NCBI GenBank assembly: GCA_964016885.1
Contig: OZ024747.1
Span: forward strand, 3,224,001 to 3,288,000
Direction of reading: 5' to 3'
DNA: 64,000 nucleotides
DNA from: Eledone cirrhosa
Taxonomy: Eukaryota
A program made the position numbers and the translations under genes. The notes beneath the pieces are model-generated. The model did no database searches. It had not been told where the DNA came from and was given only the letters and a program-made list of their open reading frames with translations. Shown piece after piece: positions 55,364 to 64,000 of the stretch; position 1 is the first letter of the stretch; the number at the start of each line of letters is the position of its first letter.

Positions 55364-57525
55364 AGAGAGAGAAAGAGATATTAATCAGAAGCTACTATAG
55401 TGTCATACAATCCAAGAGTGTAGTTAGAGAAGGAATCATTGGTTTAAAGTGTAGAACATATTTTGAATCAAAGAGAAATTCTTTGAATATTTTCTTAGCT
55501 GTTAACATTAGGTAACAATTTAACAGAAAACATCTAAAAGTTTTGTTGTTAATTCAAATGTTTATAGTAGTTTTACTATTAAACAAAATTTTATTGTGAA
55601 AATTTGTTATAGAAATATAAAATTTTCATGTGATGCAATCAGAGTGCTGTTTTATACATTTCCTGAATGCATTGCTAATGTGGTTTCATGTGGTACAGGA
55701 TGTTAACAGTTATGTCTGAATTAGAAAGAGAGACATTGTAACAGTTATTTTCAAAGACTGCTATACCATTAAAGCCATAAGTTATTATGCATCTTTTCTT
55801 CTAACAACTCGGTGGTACTGGATAAGAGATAATTGAAAACAATTTTGTGAAAGTATTTGAAAGTAATCTTTAGGCAAGAAGTAGGCAAATTGCCAAAGCT
55901 TTTAAAGAAAAGGAGACAAATTTTGAAATATATGTGATCATTATTGGTAGCTAATATAAATTGACTAATGCTATGGACATACTTTTTCTAAAAGCAATAT
56001 TTGAATTCGTTTTATACCAAAGAACAATTCCTATAAGGTTATATTTTCCTCTGTATATTTCAAAGAATATTAAGAAGTGGTTCATTTTATAATCATCCAA
56101 GTAAGAAATTTATTGATTTTTTACATAGACACAAGGTCTCAAAATTGAGGGAGGTTTATAGTAACATAAATCGATCCAGTATGTCAGGTAATTCTTCTAT
56201 GGAGATTGGAAGGAGGAAATGTAGGATTTAAACTCAATATGGAAAGGGATGTAACTAAATACCACAAGGCATTTTATCAAAAGTTCTAAAGATTCTTCTG
56301 ACATCTATTAAAATAAATTTTGGTTAATTCTGAGAGATAAATTTTTTTTATTTGAATTTAATTTATTTTTTTGGCTTAGGTTTATCAATCAAATGACAGG
56401 TGTTAAAGGTCATATAGATTCATCTTTTTTTACCCAAAGACTTCAAACAAATAAGTAGCTGAAACTATTCACATAGATTTCATTATTAAATTTACAAGGT
56501 TGTTTTAAAGGTGAAAAGCTATATATCATGTGTTATTATATTTTCAAGGTATGTGGCTTAGTGATTAGAGTATTGGGCTCACAGTAGTGTGTTTGATTCC
56601 TGGACAGAGCAGAGAGTTGTGTCCTTGAGCAAGATGTTTCATTTCCCATTTTACCTGTTCACTCAGTTGGTAAAACCGAGTGACAGTGTTACATGTGCCA
56701 AGTTGTAACAACCTTTGCCTGTCTTTCCTAGAACAAGATCGGTAACATGAGAGGGTGGTTCAGACATGTATGGATGACTGCTGGTCTTTTAAAAAAAAAA
56801 CACTTTGTTCAGACTTATACCACAGAGAGGAACTTTCTAGATTCAAAGCCATGGTCAGCCGTGACTGAAAAGTGCCTATGATTTATACTGCCATCATTTG
56901 TCTGTTTATTAATATTTTTGGTAATAATTGGACACATCATAGTCAGTACCTAATATCTTTTGGTCACTTGAGTTTAGATTATAAGACAATGTCTTTATAT
57001 AACAAAGTAGGATGTAGTTTATATTAACAGCAGGCAGGATCAACTCTACACCAATAGTGATGGGCTTCTTAGCAGCCTGGTATCAAATGTTCTACGGTCC
57101 AGTACCAGTCCATGGCTTTGTGGATGGGGACTGCTGCTTTATATACCAAAGTAGGATGCAGCTTATATATGTGAAAATAAGACATTCTTCTAACTTAAAT
57201 AAAATCCAAGTAAAATTATTACATTCTCCTAGATTAACATTGTGGCTTTGATTCTTGTACTGGGTTATGTGTTGTGTTCTTGATTGCAAGCCCAACCCGC
57301 TAACCACTAAGCCATACACTTTCATATGCATCTATATAATTTTGTTTTGTTTGTCGTTTTGGCGTGGAAAATATGAAATTCAGAAATTAATTATCAAGAA
57401 AAATAAATAAGACACCAGGAAAATGAATATATTTAGTTAAATATACCACCATATACCGTATTAATTAGATGTTTGTCCAGGCTTTTCCTTATTTTTCTAT
57501 TTCTTTCTTTTTTGTATTTCACCAG

Positions 57526-57694
57526 ATCCAAGGTAACCCTCAAGATTTCTCAGTGACCCGTGTTATTGGTAAAGATCAGCAACATATGCTTATGTCCCCT
57601 GACCGTTTCAGTGAGATGTCAACAATGTCTTCTGTAACTGACAGTGGACATGGCTGCAGTGATGCAAGCACAGCTCACTATGAAACATTACCTG
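57526..57694 (+). CDS. Pcdh: Protocadherin cytoplasmic exon (IQGNPQ...SSVTDSGHGCSDASTAHYETLP)
   Basis: A long polypyrimidine tract plus CACCAG acceptor ends at 57525. The frame is open in phase 0, matching the 49036 donor. It encodes DSGHG as in the CM1 motif of delta-protocadherin tails and ends at CCTG|GTAAGT (phase 1). Confidence 0.85.
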
Positions 57695-58485
57695 GTAAGT
57701 AAGGAAGATTTACTTTAGAATTTAAATTTACTTCAACTCAGAACAAAACCAATTCATTTTTTATATTCTCCATCCTATCGACTGGGACCCAGTGGTGGAG
57801 GGTAGTTTGAGGTGGAGGATTCTCATTCGAACATCACACATTATTAAATCTATTATTTTACATTTGATTTAAGGACCTTTCATTATATTTGGAATGACCG
57901 AATATGTCCATGTAAAATGCAAGTGCTGAACATGTCAATATCGATAGCTTTTGTTACAAAATTACATCATATACATCATTGGTAATTACATCATTGGTAA
58001 CATGTGAAAATAAGTTGTCATTGAAACACACCTGTCCATGGTTTTAACTAATTTAATTAATATCTGTAAATCACAGGTATTTACTATATCAACCACATCG
58101 GGGACCCCACCCCACAGGAAAAGTTGACTTAAGAATGATTTAAGAACTATTCATATATAAAAGTGATCAATTCACACATGTGGAGGAAATATGTAGTCTT
58201 TTAATGTGTGTAGAATGACATGTACCTGTAACTCCTGCCCCGCGAGTTGGAGTGGCTTTTCCAGCGCGTCTCTCTTGCCGTCCCCCGGGGAAACGCCTTC
58301 TCCATTCTGTCTGCCGGGGCTGTGGGTGGGCCCCGTCGCGTACCATTACATTAGTTAAATCTCATACATATATAAGTTATGGTATAACTGAAGTCGTAGA
58401 TCAGAGGAGAATTGGTGGAATGGTGGCAATACAAATTGCAATGGTACAACCTCATCAGAAGTACTTAATTCAGGTAAATAGTGAC

Positions 58486-58838
58486 TGGTGGTGGTGGTGG
58501 CAGTGGTGGTGGTTGGGTGGTGGCGGTGGTGGTGGTTGGGAGGTGTTAGTGCTGGTGGTGGTGGCAGTGGTGGTGGTTGGGAGGTGTTAGTGCTGATGGT
58601 GGTGGTGGTGGTGGTTGGGAGGTGTTAGTGCTGGTGGTGGCGGTGGTGGTTGGGTGGTGGGGGAGTGGTGTTAGTAGTGGCGGTAGTGTTAATGGTGGTG
58701 GTGGCTGGGAGGTGTTAGTGGTGGTGATGGTGATGGTAGTGGTGGTGCAAGCGGTGGTGGTGGTGGTTGAGGGAGGTGTTAGTAGTGGTGGTGGTTGGTG
58801 TTGTAGTGGCGGTGGTGTTGGTGGTAGTGGTGGTGGGG
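58486..58838. repeat. (GGT)n-rich tract with GGGAGGTGTTAGTG subrepeats
   Basis: Direct inspection. Confidence 0.9.
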
Positions 58839-60687
58839 CTATATGTGACTAGCTTCACCAATAGACTTGTTCACAAGACAAATACTTTCACTGATAACAT
58901 TACTTATTGCTGATGTTATCAAGATCTACAAAATACTGGTGTGTAGAAGAGAATGGCTCTAGTATATTTAGCTGAGAGGTTATCACAGATGAGTTTCACA
59001 AAGTAAAAGAGATAACCACTTATGATTGTTTCCACTAGATTTAGGATGTTTGACAGCATCTATGGGGTAGGATTCCATGGGAATAGGAAGCTCATAGATA
59101 AAGAAGAAATATTAGGTTTTAAATAATTAGAGCAACATTGTTAGCACACAACATAAAGCAGAACAACATTCAACTATATGAGATAATGCTGAGTTTATGT
59201 AGATATATCTAGTACATTCTATAGACTTTGAATATATTAAAACTCTTCTCCTCCTCCTCCTCTTTCTTCTTTTAGAACTCTTTTTTTTTTTTAAATCAGA
59301 TTTTTATGCCCAAGGGACTATCTAGCTTCGTTTCTTCAAGTCTAGCTATTTAAACAAAACTTCTTTCCTTTTGATTATTCACAAGTGATTTTAACACTAA
59401 AAAACATGATGAAACTTTAAAAGCAATACAAGAAAATGGTGGCCACATTAAGAGACATTACCATCAATTTTCTTCATAATTCAATATATGTTTTACTATG
59501 GTATTCTCATCTTTGTGTAAGAAAAGAAATTGAAACTCAGAACATTTTTTAAATATTGCTAAAACTATGTTTTACATTTTTTTTAGCTATTTAAATTGTA
59601 AAATTTAAACTTATTTCAGGTACAAACATATCTTAAGCTTATTTTGAATGACAATTCGAATTTTCTTTCTAGCAAAAAAAACAGAAAATTAATGTAAAAT
59701 TAGTCTTAAAGTGGAAGCGTTTTGTAGTTTGAAATGTTTATAAATTTTAATTGATCGATGATAATGTATCTCAGTTATAAAATGTAAAAATTGTGATAGG
59801 AAAACTAAACCTTATCATCGTCATTACAATTATCATCATCACCATCTTCATGATTATAACATTTTTTCTATACTGATATGAACTGGACATATCTGCAATA
59901 TGAATATGACATAATATTTTGTCATCTCAACTTGCAAAATCTTATCTGTTAAACTCAGCGTTTTTAAATATAACTTTCTTCATTTTCTTCATATCTTCAA
60001 GAATTTAGATTTTTATACAATCCCAACAAAAAACTCAGTAAATTTTCAATACCTGTCCATATCAATGGAACCACCACTTCTTCTGAAATCGTTGACCATT
60101 GTCCTTAATAACCAACAGCTGGAATGGATTGGACTGTATATTTCTATAGCTGGATGCCCTTCCTGATGTCAACCCACATTTTATATAAGTTTGGTATATA
60201 CCTGTAGAGTATGTGACCTAGTGATGAGAAAGTTGGACATACGATCATAATATCATAGGTTTGATTCCTACATTCGGTTGTGTGTTGTGTTCTTGAGCAA
60301 AACACTTCATTTCACATTGCTCCAGTATATTCAGTTGAAAATGAGTACCAACAATAGGTGGGGATTTAATTCTGTGATGGATTGGCATTCTGTCCAGGGG
60401 CAGTCTTGTACTTTCAGTTGCTTCACACCAAGCAAACCAGTATATATATATATATGTAGGTAGACCCTGACTTAAAATAGGGGTCACAACAGTTAAAAAG
60501 GTACTCAATGCATTAATAGAGTGTAAACATCATATTTAATATAGGACTAGAACTGTTTCATTCATATGAAATCACCAGAAATGCTAGGTAACACAGTAAG
60601 TCATTCATTTCTTAGTGGTTGGGGATGGTAGTAGCAGTGGTGGGGTCTTTATATATATATACTTATGAAATTGCTGAAAATTTCAAT

Positions 60688-60760
60688 TTTCATTCTGATG
60701 AGCGATTTCAGACGTCTGTGTTGAGCTCGTATGTCTTCGTGAAACCTTTGGTAAATGGAA
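60688..60760 (+). ncRNA. Type I hammerhead ribozyme (intact-looking, GUA site), sense to the protocadherin
   Basis: TTTCATT-CTGATGA(60695)-GCGA..AGACG..TGTCT-TCGT-GAAA(60741)-CC TTT GG-TA(60753)-AATGGAA. Stem I is 7 bp, stem II is GCGA/TCGT plus AGACG/TGTCT, and stem III is ACC/GGT. Confidence 0.82.
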
Positions 60761-60872
60761 TAATTGTATTATGTTGTTTATTACATAACTAAATAACTCT
60801 GTAGATTACATAGAGCACTCTCCTTTCCTTTACCCTTCCTATGGAAATAATTCATATATATATATATATATA

Positions 60873-62780
60873 TAATTCAAGAAAGAAGAGTGACATGGTT
60901 GGCTATACAATAAGGGCTTTATTCACATTGCTGACAGCTGTTTCTTTGATCTGGTAGTTGGGATTGTTAGTTCGAATCATGGTGGTTTAGTTTTCACAAC
61001 ATCAATAATAAATAGTGTATAAATAAGACAATAATAACAACAATAATAGAGACAATAAAAGTAATAAAAACAATAAAATATGCATGGTAAATAGAGAGAA
61101 CATGATGAATAAAATTAGGGATACATTGAGATGATCATAATAATAATAATAAGAAAATAAGATTTCAAAGAGTGTAGGAGTAATAAGATAACACATTCTC
61201 ACACAGCCTACTTCAGAACCATAACCTTCTACCCTCCCTACATCTATACCACTAGGGTGGGGCAGTAATGTCTACAATTATCTTGTCAGCCCATAAATCA
61301 ATCCCATCTTTGCTGTTGTTTATTCTTTCGGACCAAACAATTATATCTACATATCTCACATTAGCACTCATGATCTCTGACAGATGAACTTAATTCTAAG
61401 TACATTATCTTATTACTCCTACACTCCTTGAAAATAAAATTAGGGATACATTGAGATGATCATAATAATAATAAGAAGAAAATAAGATTTCAAGGAGTGT
61501 AGGAGTAATAAGATAATGTACTTAGAATTAAGTTCATCTGTCAGAGATCATGAGTGCTAATGTGAGATATGTAGATATAATTGTTTGGTCCGAAAGAATA
61601 AACAACAGCAAAGATGGGATTGATTTATGGGCTGACAAGATAATTGTAGACATTACTGCCCCACCCTAGTGGTATAGATGTAGGGAGGGTAGAAGGTTAT
61701 GGTTCTGAAGTAGGCTGTGTGAGAATGTGTTATCTTATTACTCCTACACTCTTTGAAATCTTATTTTCTTCTTCTTATTATTATGATCATCTCAATGTAT
61801 CCCTAATTTTATTCATCATGTTCTCTCTATTTACCATGCATATTTTATTGTTTTTATTACTTTTATTGTCTCTATTATTGTTGTTATTATTGTCTTATTT
61901 ATACATTATTTGTTATTGATGTTTTGAAAACTAAACCACCATGATTCGAACTAACAATCCCAACTTTTAGAATAGGTCACCTAAACCTTTAAATACAGAA
62001 TCTACAACTTCACTTAATACCACATAAGAACCATATATCTCTATACACTCACTCTATCAATCTCACTAAGTTGATACAACGAAAATACTTATCTGTCAAA
62101 CTATAAATCAATCTCCGGTTTATTGCTAGTGTGCTTTTAGACCTACAGCACACGTATATCCCTCATAATTACTCCTAAATCCTGACTCCAAGTACATTTT
62201 ATCAGTTATCTCTTCACCCCTTTAATACTACATCTAATGTACCCTATAGCAGTTTTCACATGTCAATTTCATACATCTGTATCATATCAGTTCGTTTACT
62301 ATGCTTGATTTAACATTATACTCTATTTCTTACTTATATTGATGTTATTATTTTAACTATTCAGTATCTAGTTATTTTATTATTGATATTATTGTTCTGG
62401 TCTAACACCACTCCTCTATAAAAGCCATGCCTTGAGTATTTTCCTCACTTCCGCACACTCTGATGAAACGACTGGTTATAAACAAAGTATTGGAGATTGA
62501 TTGATGCAACATCAAGCGATTAGCGAACTGTAGACCTACCAGATCAAAGAAACAGTTGTCAGCAATGTGAATAAAGCCATTATTGTACAGCCAACCATGT
62601 CGCTCTTCTTTCTTGAATTATTATTACTCCAAGTATAACCTACATAGAAATCACCACGAACTCACAGCATCACTATGGAAACGTCTTGTTGAGTCAAACT
62701 AAGCCATACGTTAATACCATCACAACACAGAGTACTCTAACTGGACTACATCTAAGTGGACTGCCTATAACGATAATATA
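60873..62780. mobile_element. Large complex fold-back element between (TA)n tracts
   Basis: 60957-61433 is the inverse of 61488-61964, and 60873-60957 is the inverse of 62537-62621. The centre 61432-61515 duplicates 61108-61190. Confidence 0.85.
62454..62569 (+). ncRNA. Degenerate hammerhead motif with a long stem II insert
   Basis: CACACT-CTGATGA(62460)-AACGACTGGT...ACCAGATCAAA-GAAA(62549)-CAGTTG-TC-AGCAATGTG. TATAAAA lies at 62417 and AATAAA at 62570. Confidence 0.45.
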
Positions 62781-64000
62781 TATATATGGAGAGATAGAGA
62801 GAAAGTATATATAAATATATATATACTATCACACACAAACACTTATATTTGGATAAATGGAGAGCAGCTCTCACTTCAAGTATGTTAAAGAGAAAATATA
62901 ATACAATGTTTTTCAATTTTTCATTAAATGTTTCAAGTGTAGAGAGTTTATATTCGTTGCACAACAGAAATTGTGCAGCAATTTTTCAAAATATCTGTTT
63001 CAAGTGTTTAAATCTCATTTTCAAGATTTAGATTATATTCATAAGTACAACTTTGTTTATTTGAATAGAATGCCTACAGTTATCTTCTGTCAAATTCCAC
63101 ATGTCCAATAGATGTTAAAGATTATAGGTGTAACTATTGCTTTTACACAGTCTCAACTCTCCTGCTTGTCAATGATTCTTCATTTCAGTGCTAATAATTT
63201 TCAATCAGTAGACATACAAACTAAAAATTGTATGCAATTTCGACACTTTCACTGTCTATATGTGAAGATAATACTGACGACTGTAATAGCATAGGTAATC
63301 AGATAATATATAGATACTTCAGATTTTCATTAGTATTTATTAGTCACAAACACTTTTGATTGAATCGTAGTATGCTTTAAGTTTAGTCTCAAAATTTCTT
63401 TGCTACATATAGATTTGAGGATTTCTGTTCTATTAGTTAGTTTATCCTAGAACATGGAGAATAATATTTATGATAACGTGATTTATAACTTTCAGGCATC
63501 TGGTAACAGCATTATGTAAATAGTTATTTCATGACAGACACTTAATTTGTAATAAACCAACAAGGACATAATGAATACAATACTTGTCTTTAACAGAAAC
63601 AAACTTATTGTATAAACTGCTGACATATTACATCATATAGAATGAGACCTAATAATTGCTTTTTGTTCTACAAGTATATATATTTATATGTTTATTTTGT
63701 TTATAGAAGTCAATTTAATCATTTATTTTGCCATTTGAATAATTTCAGGATATTTTTAGTAATGTCTACTCAGACATCCATTGTTTAATGATTTACATAG
63801 GTTAACTTCAATAATCTTTAGCTTTCAGACTTCATTGTTGGCTGAGTTTAGGAGATTCGAGTTTCCTCGTATTATTTCTTTTTTCAAGGGCGGTGGATTT
63901 GACTCTCGTATTTTTTAAAAGTATGTTGTGTTTTATGCATTTAATAAGTATTTGCAATGTAAATTGTTCAGGGTAGTTTTATTTCAGACTAAAGATCATT

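Noticed and set aside
58252-58852. Gly/Val/Trp-rich ORFs
   Set aside because: (GGT)n repeat translation.
61002-61919. Two near-identical 66-aa hydrophobic ORFs on opposite strands
   Set aside because: A by-product of the inverted repeat and low-complexity TTA/TTG sequence.
59600-63850. Candidate next protocadherin exon (TTTCAG acceptors near 59619, 63495, 63748, 63828)
   Set aside because: Each gives only 3-5 codons before a stop and none can be preferred without transcript data.

Overview
AT-rich, repeat-dense animal genomic DNA with (TA)n/(CA)n microsatellites, a 200-N assembly gap at 31793-31992, tRNA-derived SINEs and RTE-LINE tails. The gene and the repeat content point to a coleoid cephalopod, most likely an octopod (inference). 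The only intact host gene is a + strand protocadherin. One large exon (acceptor at 46600, ATG 46628, donor after 49036) encodes the signal peptide, 6 cadherin repeats, the TM helix and the proximal tail. It splices in phase 0 to a 169-bp exon (57526-57694) carrying a DSGHG (CM1-like) motif; further exons were not identified. Almost all other ORFs in the track are microsatellite noise or decayed transposon fragments. The main unexplained structure is a set of about 10 fold-back (long inverted-repeat) elements from several unrelated sequence families, nearly all next to (TA)n tracts. They carry type I hammerhead ribozyme cores (CUGANGA...GAAA...UH with stems I-III), several of which look intact (9939, 29699, 30803, 31353, 40444, 60688). 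They resemble non-autonomous Penelope-like retroelement termini, and one intact-looking ribozyme lies on the sense strand after a protocadherin splice donor. Also noted: an apparently Ca2+-free EC3-EC4 hinge in the protocadherin, a 28S rRNA fragment ending at the hidden-break region, and a ~9-kb TA-derived array with polarity switches. All structures were read by eye; no folding or database search was run.
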